From an uncultured Candidatus Saccharibacteria bacterium (lineage in GTDB: Bacteria > Patescibacteriota > Minisyncoccia > Phycocordibacterales > UBA918), in the NCBI GenBank assembly GCA_964611205.1, contig CAZSZB010000002.1, positions 10,609 through 74,608 of the forward strand: a stretch of 64,000 bases of DNA. The letters run 5' to 3'. The position numbers and the translations under genes are program-made. Below the pieces are notes generated by a model that did no database searches, was not told the origin of the DNA, and saw only the letters and a program-made list of their open reading frames with translations. Positions 1 to 9,372 of this stretch are shown piece after piece. Each line of letters opens with the position of its first letter. Within the stretch, counting starts at the first letter, position 1.

Positions 1-94
1 AGCATTCACGTGATAAACAGAAAAACTACTGAAGAAAAATACGGTGACTAAAAAAATAATGTACAAAGATTGTTCACGCATGATATCCGTGACA

Positions 95-1180
95 TTATTT
101 TTCTTTTCTCTTAAACTCAAAAGACTTGAAGAACCTCATAATAAACCATATTACCACAAACAAACCTACGAATATTGTAGCAACTATTTTCCAAGGAATG
201 ACCCAGAATGAAATCTGAGCTTCATCAATAATGTCATCATAGCCACGATTTAGATTCAAAGTAGCAGTATAACGACCGAATAATAGATCACGGTTCCAAC
301 TGATTTCTCGAGAACGCAATGATTGAGGTAAAGCAAACCAGGGTTTAAGTTCTACAAAACCAACATCTTCTCCTAGGACATTGGATATTCTTATTTCACC
401 ATAAGGATTAAGGTGTAAAGACCCTTCATTTTCATAAAGTATTTGAAACTCTATAGGACCTTTTTCGTACCACTTTTTATTATTCAAAGTAGAAAAGCTC
501 TTAAGCTCTCCTGCTATTTCTGTTTCTCCAGGCACCGTAACAAAAATAAGTGAACCGATACGACTAATTATAGCTGATCTTGGAGCAGCACCGTCTTCAG
601 AACCGGGATCGGCCTCGGTTGTAACTGTTTTAACTAAAACACTACCGTATTTTCCACCTGCTTCTGCGTCCTTAGGAACAGATACAGTTACCGGGATTGT
701 TACTCGAAGATTCGGTTCTAAATCGAATTTATATTTAGGAACAGAAATATAGTCCTTTAAAGTGTAGGGGCCTCGGTCGTCACCCAAAAGCACAACTGAT
801 TCATTGATATCTGTTGAACCACTAATATCCTCGATATCAATTTCAAAACGTTTGGTTTCTGCCATCCGGTTGGAAATGTTTATATAAACAGTTTTCGTTT
901 GACCTGGTAGTAATTGTAATTCTAACTTCCCTGGACCAAGAACAAAATCATCAAAAACTTTATCGCCAAGTAGAGCTTCTGTTGGGTAAGGATTACTGAA
1001 ATCAGGCAAAGGGTCTGTCTCTACCTCATCCGAAGAAGTAGCATTATTTTGAATTATTTCATTCGTTTCTGAAGCAAAATTGTTTTCCTGTGCAGCTGTT
1101 TGAGACACAGCTATTACCAAAAGAAATAGTAAGGCACTAAGGGAAAGGAGACTTGTATATCTTAGCCAAGAAGCGGTCAT
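95..1180 (-). CDS. hypothetical exported protein with an N-terminal signal peptide and a C-terminal transmembrane anchor
   Basis: 361 aa ORF. Hydrophobic N-terminus (LLSLSALLFLLVIAV..AAQ). C-terminal hydrophobic helix followed by a basic tail (FKRKEK). No recognisable catalytic motif. Confidence 0.45.
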   Translation of the reverse strand: MTASWLRYTSLLSLSALLFLLVIAVSQTAAQENNFASETNEIIQNNATSSDEVETDPLPDFSNPYPTEALLGDKVFDDFVLGPGKLELQLLPGQTKTVYINISNRMAETKRFEIDIEDISGSTDINESVVLLGDDRGPYTLKDYISVPKYKFDLEPNLRVTIPVTVSVPKDAEAGGKYGSVLVKTVTTEADPGSEDGAAPRSAIISRIGSLIFVTVPGETEIAGELKSFSTLNNKKWYEKGPIEFQILYENEGSLHLNPYGEIRISNVLGEDVGFVELKPWFALPQSLRSREISWNRDLLFGRYTATLNLNRGYDDIIDEAQISFWVIPWKIVATIFVGLFVVIWFIMRFFKSFEFKRKEK

Positions 1181-1201
1181 AATTAGTTAAGTAAGACTAA
1201 A

Positions 1202-1909
1202 CTAATTATCTAAAGCAGTCAATGTGGCGGTAGCAACATAAGTACCACTTGGAACTGCTGGAGTTGGTCCATTAGGAATAGTGATCCTGAATTTAACAGT
1301 AGAAGTAGAGCCTGATGCCGGAGTTGGGGCTCCTGAGTAGATTAGAGTGGTGGCCGCGTTTTCATCAGTAGAAGAAGCACCGCGCCAACAGTTATCGACT
1401 GTGAAGGTCGTGTTATTACTTGTCCCACAGTTACCACCAGTATGAGTAAACACACTGGAGACTTCACTGGTATTAGAAGCATTTATTGTAAAACCAAATT
1501 GAGCATTAGGTAAAGAAGTGTCATACCCAGTCGGATAAGAAGACATATCGGAAGAGTAAACATAGTTAGCAATAGTATCGTTACTACCATTTCTCTTCAT
1601 AGCAGTAGTGCTACTAAACTTAATCGTCATATTGTAACCACTAACGTTGTTACTGGTCACACGAACAGATGTTTCCCCCAGAGTAGTACCGCCGGTAAGA
1701 CCGTTTAGAGTACCACTCATGGTGACATCGCTAGCAGTAGCCGCAAAAGCAATAGCTGAGGAAACAGTTTGCGTAACAGTAAATTCATCTGTTACCGCTT
1801 GCCCTACTATTGGTTCAGAAACCAAATAAATAGCGAATATAATGGATAGTATCAGTACAGCTGCAAGCAATGAATCGTAGCTACTTCTAATTAAATTTTT
1901 GATGATCAT
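1202..1909 (-). CDS. Ser/Thr-rich putative cell-surface protein with an N-terminal TM/signal helix (pilin- or WxL-like architecture)
   Basis: 235 aa ORF. N-terminal hydrophobic segment, then a long Thr/Ser/Asn/Gly-rich, beta-strand-like sequence. Sits 22 nt from the upstream exported protein, so likely co-transcribed. Confidence 0.4.
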   Translation of the reverse strand: MIIKNLIRSSYDSLLAAVLILSIIFAIYLVSEPIVGQAVTDEFTVTQTVSSAIAFAATASDVTMSGTLNGLTGGTTLGETSVRVTSNNVSGYNMTIKFSSTTAMKRNGSNDTIANYVYSSDMSSYPTGYDTSLPNAQFGFTINASNTSEVSSVFTHTGGNCGTSNNTTFTVDNCWRGASSTDENAATTLIYSGAPTPASGSTSTVKFRITIPNGPTPAVPSGTYVATATLTALDN

Positions 1910-2001
1910 AAAGAATAAATATTATAAATAATAGTAACTTTTTTTACCAACGGTATCTACACAATACTGCCAAAAGGTGGGGATATTTATATCTTAATAA
2001 T

Positions 2002-2253
2002 TTAAATTAAAATAGTTGCTTGATTATTACTTATTTCTAGTGTTCCTGAATCAATTTGGTACTCTTCTTTTTGTTCTTTGTTAATTTTGATTGTCAGAGT
2101 CCCAGTCTTCAGAGGAGAAATTAATGGCTCGTGATCAGCCATTATTTCCATTTCACCAGCTGCTCCCGGAACATGTACGCTCAAAACTTCACCTTCAAAA
2201 ACAGGAGCATCAACTCTAGAAACTATTAATTTAAGTAATCTTTGTTCGGCCAT
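2002..2253 (-). CDS. atpC: ATP synthase F1 epsilon subunit, short form
   Basis: 83 aa ORF immediately downstream of atpD with a 2 nt gap. Size and position match the N-terminal beta-sandwich of epsilon. Lacks the C-terminal helical hairpin. Confidence 0.7.
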   Translation of the reverse strand: MAEQRLLKLIVSRVDAPVFEGEVLSVHVPGAAGEMEIMADHEPLISPLKTGTLTIKINKEQKEEYQIDSGTLEISNNQATILI

Positions 2254-2255
2254 AT

Positions 2256-3674
<1,419 letters not shown>

Positions 3675-3853
3675 TTATAAATTGATTTTGATAATGGTTT
3701 AATTTAATGTTCTTCATCATTTCCCGGACGAAGGAAAATTATCCCGAACCAAATAAAACATAATCGCTCCCGCTCATTGTTTTATTCGTCTCTCACTCAG
3801 TACCACTGAGTATCCAAAGTCCGTAAGACTCTGGCTACTTAGTACTACGCAAA

Positions 3854-4759
3854 CTATTTCATTGCTTCTACCCCCGCGGTTATTTCTGACACCTCAGCTG
3901 TAATGGCCGTCTGGCGAGCTTTGTTATATTTAATTGTTAAAGCTTTGATTACTTCCTTGCTTTTATCGGTAGCATTCTTCATTGCCACCATTCGAGCAGA
4001 ATGCTCAGACGCTTTGCTCTCCAAAAGAGCATGATAAATAATAATTTCAATCAAGCGTGGTATCAGGGATTTTAAAACCTCTTCTGCTGAAGGTTCGATG
4101 GTATAGGACACAATAGCTGTAGCCGGCTCTATTTCTTCACTAAATTTTCCTTTTTTAGGACGGATACCGCGTAAAATATAATGAATTTCTGCTGGATCAA
4201 GCGGTAGAATAGTACGCTTAGTCGGCAACTGTTCGAAAGTAGAAAGAAAATTCTGATAAATAATTTCAATTTCTTTGTAAGCTCCTGTATTAAATCTGTC
4301 TAAAATAACTTTAGACATTTCATAAATATCTGCCATCGTAACAGCATCCGAAACATTATTATGCTCTTCAATGATTTCAAGCTTTTCGCGACGTGCAAAA
4401 TCCCCGGCTTTGCGACCAATACAAATGACTTCTATTTCTGCTCGGTACTTGTGAACTACCTCCTCGGCTTTTTTAATAACAGCACTGTTAACACTACCAG
4501 CCAAACCCTTATCACTAGTGACAATAACCAAAATCCTTTTACCTTCTTCTTTCTTGGTAGTGTAATTGCTGTGTCTTAAGTCTGGTGAGCTAGCTAGACG
4601 AGAAAGAATTCGCATAGCAGCGTGGACATACGGCCGACCAGCGAAAGCTCGTTCTTGAGCTTTACGCATCTTAACCGCTGAAACAGACTCCATGGCTTTG
4701 GTTACCTGTCCGGTTTTCTTGGTAGAAATTATTTTGTTTTTTACTTGTTTAAGTGCCAT
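3854..4759 (-). CDS. atpG: ATP synthase F1 gamma subunit
   Basis: 301 aa. Lies between atpA and atpD. The N-terminal MALKQVKNKI..TKAMESV motif is typical of gamma. Confidence 0.9.
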   Translation of the reverse strand: MALKQVKNKIISTKKTGQVTKAMESVSAVKMRKAQERAFAGRPYVHAAMRILSRLASSPDLRHSNYTTKKEEGKRILVIVTSDKGLAGSVNSAVIKKAEEVVHKYRAEIEVICIGRKAGDFARREKLEIIEEHNNVSDAVTMADIYEMSKVILDRFNTGAYKEIEIIYQNFLSTFEQLPTKRTILPLDPAEIHYILRGIRPKKGKFSEEIEPATAIVSYTIEPSAEEVLKSLIPRLIEIIIYHALLESKASEHSARMVAMKNATDKSKEVIKALTIKYNKARQTAITAEVSEITAGVEAMK

Positions 4760-4779
4760 AAAATAATGCGAGGATCTTC

Positions 4780-6351
4780 TTAAGCAACAGGTTTGTAGTT
4801 TTGAGGGTGGGCTTCTTTATAGTCTTTAATAGCTTTATCGAGCTTTTCTATTATTTCGTCAGTAAGTTCACGACCTGTTTCAATGTCGGTTAAAATCTCC
4901 TTTCGATCACGTTCTACAAACTCGATAAAAGTCTGTTCAATCTTTCGAGTATTTTCTACTGGGGCTCCAAAGAAGATACCTTGGTTAGCGGCGTAAATAG
5001 CAATCACTTGTTTTTGGAATGGAACCGGTTGGTTTTGGCCCTGTTTCAACAACTCAACATATTTACGACCTGATTCGATACGATTTTTTGTATCTTCATC
5101 AAGATCTGAAGCAAATTGCATAAAAGCCTCTAACTCTCTGAATTGTGCCAATTCAAGACGAATCTTACCTGACACTTTCTTCATCGCTTTAGTTTGAGCG
5201 GAAGAACCTACTCGAGATACAGAAATACCGACATCCAGAGCTGGGCGGATACCTTTATTAAACAAATCAGTATCTAGGAAAATCTGACCATCAGTGATTG
5301 AAATCACGTTAGTTGGAATATAAGCAGACACGTCACCTTCTTGGGTCTCAATAATAGGCAGGGCAGTAATCGATCCACTACCGAGTTCAGCTGAGAGTTT
5401 AGCAGAACGCTCTAATAATCGAGAGTGGAGATAAAAGATATCACCTGGATAAGCTTCGCGTCCCGGCGGACGACGTAGAAGTAGAGACATTTGTCGATAG
5501 GCATTAGCGTGTTTAGATAAGTCATCCAGAATAATCAACACGTCTTTACCTTGCTGCATAAAATATTCACCAATAGCCATGCCTGCAAATGGTGCCAAGA
5601 AAAGAAGTGGTGACGCTTCTGAAGCTGAAGTAGCTACTATTGTTGTGTATTCCATTGCTCCGGCTTCTTCTAACTTAGCCATGATGCTTACAGTTTTTGA
5701 ACGTTTCTGCCCAATAGCTACATATATACAAATTGGTCTTTTTTCTGCTGGCTCGTGTTTCTGGTTGATGATTGTGTCAACAGCAATGGTTGTTTTACCA
5801 GTCTGTCGGTCACCAATAATCAACTCTCTTTGTCCACGACCGATAGGAATCATAGAGTCAATAGCTTTGATACCAGTGTGGATAGGTTCATTAACACTTG
5901 AACGATCCATCACCCCATAAGCAACTCGCTCGATTGGCATGTCTGCTTCCCCTTTTACTGCACCCTTACCGTCAATTGGCTCACCAAGTGGACTGACCAC
6001 TCGTCCAACTATTTCTGGACCAACTGGGATAGAAAGTAGTTTTTCAGTTCGCATTACCCGCATACCCTCTTTTACCCGAGTAGATTCGCCTAGCACTACT
6101 ACTTTAACCACGTCTTCTTCCAAGTTGAGGATCAGACCATAGAGAGCATCCTTAGCAGCAATCGTTTCAGCCAGTGATTTGCCGTCACTATCAGAAAACA
6201 CCACCATTTCCATCATCTGGGCTTCCGAAAGACCGTCAATTTCAGCAATTCCGTCACCAACTGCTGTAACCACACCGATTTCTTTCGGTGCCGATGACAG
6301 GTCGATGTTTTCTATTTCTTGCTTTATTTTATCTATAATGACTGAGCTCAT
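4780..6351 (-). CDS. atpA: ATP synthase F1 alpha subunit
   Basis: 523 aa. Walker A GDRQTGKT. Conserved alpha-subunit blocks. Confidence 0.95.
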   Translation of the reverse strand: MSSVIIDKIKQEIENIDLSSAPKEIGVVTAVGDGIAEIDGLSEAQMMEMVVFSDSDGKSLAETIAAKDALYGLILNLEEDVVKVVVLGESTRVKEGMRVMRTEKLLSIPVGPEIVGRVVSPLGEPIDGKGAVKGEADMPIERVAYGVMDRSSVNEPIHTGIKAIDSMIPIGRGQRELIIGDRQTGKTTIAVDTIINQKHEPAEKRPICIYVAIGQKRSKTVSIMAKLEEAGAMEYTTIVATSASEASPLLFLAPFAGMAIGEYFMQQGKDVLIILDDLSKHANAYRQMSLLLRRPPGREAYPGDIFYLHSRLLERSAKLSAELGSGSITALPIIETQEGDVSAYIPTNVISITDGQIFLDTDLFNKGIRPALDVGISVSRVGSSAQTKAMKKVSGKIRLELAQFRELEAFMQFASDLDEDTKNRIESGRKYVELLKQGQNQPVPFQKQVIAIYAANQGIFFGAPVENTRKIEQTFIEFVERDRKEILTDIETGRELTDEIIEKLDKAIKDYKEAHPQNYKPVA

Positions 6352-6384
6352 AATGAATGATTTATTTTAGTGGATAATTTGTTG

Positions 6385-6765
6385 CTAGGTGGTTAATGCC
6401 CGGTAAAGGTTGACCAACTTTGTTTTATAACTTTTGTCTAATATTTTATTATTAGCTTCTACTAGCCATCCCCCAACTATGGTGGGGTCGATAACAACTT
6501 CTGGTTCACCAGTAGCTGCTAATTCTGCTAAAGCTTCTTTTATTTTAGCTAATTCTTTCTCGTAGACATTGTCGTTTGGAACTACTACTGTAATTTTATT
6601 TGTGCCAGTAGCTTCTAATACCTTCAAAACACCACGCAGAATCGGAGCATAAAGTCTCTGGTGACCTCTTTCTTTAAGAGTGCTTTGTAGTCCTTTTATA
6701 ATTTTATCTAGGCTATCGCCTGTTTTAATTTTTTCAAGAACTGCTGTGATGTAGTTGTCTTTCAT
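6385..6765 (-). CDS. atpH: ATP synthase F1 delta subunit (OSCP)
   Basis: 126 aa ORF between atpF and atpA. Assignment rests on position in the operon and size. Confidence 0.65.
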   Translation of the reverse strand: MKDNYITAVLEKIKTGDSLDKIIKGLQSTLKERGHQRLYAPILRGVLKVLEATGTNKITVVVPNDNVYEKELAKIKEALAELAATGEPEVVIDPTIVGGWLVEANNKILDKSYKTKLVNLYRALTT

Positions 6766-6783
6766 AAGAATGAATACGTAAAA

Positions 6784-7233
6784 CTAAGCTTGCTTATCGG
6801 CTAAGATTTTCTCTGCAGTAAGAACCGCTAGTTTAGCTATTTCAGCCTCACTATCTTTGCGCGCTTGAGTTTGTAGATTGATTGCTTTTTCTTCTGCTTG
6901 AGAAATTATATTTGATGCTTTCTCATCTGCCGCTGCTGTTATAGCTGCAGTTTTTTCATCAGCAAATGTTTTGGCTCTTTTAGCAATAGCTTCGGCTTCT
7001 TTATGAGCAGTTGCTAAAACTGTTTGTTTTTCTCCCTCAGCTTCAGATAAAGCACGGGCCGCTGTCTCTGCGTCTTTAATACCTTGCCGTACTTTTTCTT
7101 CTCTTTCAGCCAAAAGCTTAAGAACTGGTTTGTACAAAAAATAAGAAAGAACTGCCACTAAAATAGTGAAGTTAATGATTTGTACGACAATCAATTTTAC
7201 ATCGATGCCGAAAGCTTGAATAAGTTGTTCCAT
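6784..7233 (-). CDS. atpF: ATP synthase Fo subunit b
   Basis: 149 aa. Single N-terminal TM helix, then a long Ala/Glu/Lys-rich coiled coil. Confidence 0.75.
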   Translation of the reverse strand: MEQLIQAFGIDVKLIVVQIINFTILVAVLSYFLYKPVLKLLAEREEKVRQGIKDAETAARALSEAEGEKQTVLATAHKEAEAIAKRAKTFADEKTAAITAAADEKASNIISQAEEKAINLQTQARKDSEAEIAKLAVLTAEKILADKQA

Positions 7234-7349
7234 AATTTTATCTAGATAACTAGGTTTTAGTTACTGTGTGACTTCCCTGCTTTAATCTAAAAATCTACAT
7301 AATCGAGATTTTCAGACAGTTGTTTAGCTCGAGAATTTGCTTAATTTGT

Positions 7350-7613
7350 TTAAGCAAATTTGATGATAAACGATACAACTAAAGCGAAAATTGCCAAAGC
7401 TTCAACGAATACGATACCGAGGATCATAGTACTTTGAATCTTTGAAGCTGCTTCTGGATTACGGCCGATAGCATCAAGGGCTCGTGATACTAAGATACCA
7501 ATACCGATTCCTGGACCAAGCACACCGATACCGGCGGCTAAAGCCATAGCGATAGATTTGATTGCGTCAGCGCTCATTTCTGAAGCCTGAAGAGCTAATT
7601 CTATTTCTGTCAT
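7350..7613 (-). CDS. atpE: ATP synthase Fo subunit c
   Basis: 87 aa. Two TM helices with a Gly-rich first helix and a conserved carboxylate (E) in the second (..FVEALAIFALV..). Confidence 0.85.
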   Translation of the reverse strand: MTEIELALQASEMSADAIKSIAMALAAGIGVLGPGIGIGILVSRALDAIGRNPEAASKIQSTMILGIVFVEALAIFALVVSFIIKFA

Positions 7614-7676
7614 AATTTAATTCTTTATTAATAATTATTAAGAGTCGACATGCCAATGTAAACTCTATAGTAATTA

Positions 7677-8495
7677 CTAATGGGGCTCAGCTACTGCTAA
7701 CTTTATAAATATTAAAGTCAGGAAAGCAAAGACTCCAGCCTGAATCATCCCGACAAAAGTTTCATAAAGCAGGATAGGTACCGGCAAAATGAGCGGGACA
7801 AAAAACATCGCCACCAAGAGAAGGGTCTTACCAGCAAAAATATTTCCGAATAAACGGAATGAGAAAGACACAATCCGACCGATTTCACTGATAAGCTCGA
7901 TTAGCCCAACTACGAAGCTCATCGGTGACGAAAAGTTTATAAACTTACCGCCATATTTCCAGGCCCCTAAAGCTACTATACCGGCAAATTCTATCACAGC
8001 CATGGAAATAAAGGCGAAAGCAATAGGAATATTTAAGTCAGTAGCAGGAGGATACAAGAAAGGAATTAGATGACCATGTTCATTGAAATAGCCGATTGAA
8101 GTAACTCCGGGGAGAAGTCCTACCCAGTTCATAGTCAATAGAAAAATAAAGATGGTAATCAAAACTGGAAAGTATTTTTTGGCTAACTTCTCACTCTCTA
8201 GAGTTTCAACAACATAATTATATAGACCACCGATAGTTAGTTCTATTATCGACTGACTTTTACCAGGAATAGTCTTTAAAGATCGGTTCAACAAAAAAGC
8301 ACCTACAATAAGTAGCAACATGACCAACCAAGAAGTTAGTAGGGTTGAGGTGATTGGCATATTTCCAATATGACCTAACACGTACGGTGCTAAATGAACG
8401 GAAATTCCTTCGCCTCCCTCCTCCGCTGCTTGTGCAATATTAATGAATTGAAACATATACATTCCGAACAAACCAGAGGAAATGCTTTGTTCCAA
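7677..8495 (-). CDS. atpB: ATP synthase Fo subunit a
   Basis: 272 aa polytopic membrane protein. First gene of the atp cluster. Conserved Arg-containing motif (..FSFRLFGN..). Confidence 0.85.
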   Translation of the reverse strand: MEQSISSGLFGMYMFQFINIAQAAEEGGEGISVHLAPYVLGHIGNMPITSTLLTSWLVMLLLIVGAFLLNRSLKTIPGKSQSIIELTIGGLYNYVVETLESEKLAKKYFPVLITIFIFLLTMNWVGLLPGVTSIGYFNEHGHLIPFLYPPATDLNIPIAFAFISMAVIEFAGIVALGAWKYGGKFINFSSPMSFVVGLIELISEIGRIVSFSFRLFGNIFAGKTLLLVAMFFVPLILPVPILLYETFVGMIQAGVFAFLTLIFIKLAVAEPH

Positions 8496-8754
8496 AATAA
8501 TTCAGGACAATTGAAAATGTGAAATTCTCGTTCAATACGACGGTACCCTCAGAATGTTTGAGAGTCCGGTTATTCACAACTTTGGTCATCCAAAATTACT
8601 TCTAAAAACAAACCAGTTCAATCCAATTTGCGACTGCATATTATCATATTGAAGACGATTGTAAACTTTGACTCTGTTGAAAGAACCTAATCGAGACCTG
8701 GTCTCTAACTTAATTTCTTTGTAAAAGTAGCAAATGGGAGTTCTTAATTTATTT

Positions 8755-8985
8755 TGTGGACCAGACAGGATTCGGTCACTCTCGTGGATATTTTCTTCGT
8801 TCTATGAACTCAAAAATATCTCACTCCCTCGAATCTTACAGATTCTGTACAGGTTTCGCTCTAGCGAGCTGCAACCTTGTAATAAAATCTCCCAGACTTT
8901 ATTACACCATTCGTCGCGGTCCTCGGCTTAAGCCTGCGGACTCCGTCGCGACTCAGTTCGAATCCTGTCAAAGTCTCTCAAAAAC
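8755..8985 (-). repeat. long variant (A1) of the tRNA-linked hairpin element; ends in a third copy of the tRNA-Ala 3' end
   Basis: Read on the minus strand it has GACAGGATTCGAAC, which is the reverse complement of the tRNA-Ala T-arm 3' half. A long GC-rich hairpin follows. Then comes GTAATAAAGTC-TGGGAG-ATTTTATTAC, a hairpin with the family's TGGGAG loop. Then AGGTT..AACCT pairing and a TACAG-AAT-CTGTA hairpin. It ends ..CCGAATCCTGTCTGGTCCACA, which matches 20 nt of the tRNA-Ala 3' end. Confidence 0.5.
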
Positions 8986-9020
8986 AACAAAACCAAAGCA
9001 TTCGCTTTGGTTTTGGTTTT
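8975..9020 (-). terminator. terminator-like hairpin between elements A2 and A1
   Basis: Minus strand reads CCAAAGC-GAAT-GCTTTGG followed by TTTTGTTGTTTTTG. T-rich on both strands, so orientation is ambiguous. Confidence 0.4.
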
Positions 9021-9147
9021 TGTGGACCAGACAGGATTCGAAACATACTGTTTCAGTACAGGTTGTCAGTATTCTTAATGAATTAAGAATACTAGGCAAC
9101 CTCTTCGAATCCTGACGTAAAGCCTCCCAGGCTTTACTTCTGGTCCG
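9021..9147 (-). repeat. tRNA-linked hairpin element A2; candidate structured ncRNA or miniature insertion, built on the tRNA-Ala 3' end
   Basis: Minus strand parses as follows. CGGACCAG-AAG. Then GTAAAGCC-TGGGAG-GCTTTAC, the first hairpin. Then GTCAGGATTCGAAG-AGGTTGCC. Then a 12 bp hairpin AGTATTCTTAAT/TTAAGAATACT. Then GACAACCT, which pairs with AGGTTGCC. Then TACTG-AAA-CAGTA. Then GT-TTCGAATCCTGTCTGGTCCACA. The last 22 nt equal the tRNA-Ala 3' end. The first segments are its reverse complement, split by the YGGGAG hairpin. Confidence 0.6.
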
Positions 9148-9182
9148 AAATAAACAAACCGCAGACAAGCTGCGGTTTATTT
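9148..9182 (-). terminator. terminator-like hairpin directly downstream of tRNA-Ala
   Basis: CCGCAG-CTTGT-CTGCGG followed by TTTGTTTATTT on the minus strand. Confidence 0.5.
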
Positions 9183-9184
9183 TG

Positions 9185-9257
9185 TGGACCAGACAGGATT
9201 CGAACCCGCTGCCTCCTCAGTGCAAATGAGGCGCTCTACCAATTGAGCTACTGGCCC
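9185..9257 (-). tRNA. tRNA-Ala (anticodon UGC)
   Basis: 73 nt cloverleaf, GGGCCAGTAGCTCAATTGGTAGAGCGCCTCATTTGCACTGAGGAGGCAGCGGGTTCGAATCCTGTCTGGTCCA. G3:U70 alanine identity pair. Anticodon loop TTTGCAC. T-loop TTCGAAT. T-stem carries two G.U pairs. CCA is not encoded. Confidence 0.9.
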
Positions 9258-9372
9258 AAACGAGATAGTAAATATTCACTACTGATTACTGAGTCAGAAA
9301 GCTTCGCTTACTGCCCAACAAAATCTCGTAAGTGCCGCATATATTACTACACTCACAAGCAGAGTCAATCAG

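Noticed and set aside
1-80. Possible start of a minus-strand gene at the left edge (ATG at 78-80 reading leftwards, MREQSLYIIFLVTVFFF..).
   Set aside because: Only ~26 codons are visible before the window edge, with no RBS evidence. Cannot be supported.
9021-9147. Reading element A2 (and B) as an intron-containing tRNA: T-arm 5' half, ~60 nt insert, T-arm 3' half plus acceptor.
   Set aside because: There is no D-arm or anticodon arm. The apparent T-arm 5' half is simply the reverse complement of the 3' end, because TTCGAA is itself palindromic. The same non-tRNA core accompanies three different tRNAs. Not a split or intronic tRNA gene.
8755-9150. A tmRNA (ssrA) on the plus strand. The span is ~395 nt, starts with GGACCAG..GGATTCG and ends ..CTGGTCC followed by a terminator.
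   Set aside because: There is no proper T-arm before the 3' acceptor strand on the plus strand. The end is GAAA rather than ACCA. There is no tag reading frame with a resume codon. The interval is clearly two repeat units separated by a terminator.
8734-9168. ORFs 8734..8931(+), 8756..9115(+) and 8968..9168(-) in the tRNA-Ala / element region.
   Set aside because: They run through the tRNA-3'-end repeats and hairpin elements. There is no translation signal. Far better explained as non-coding.
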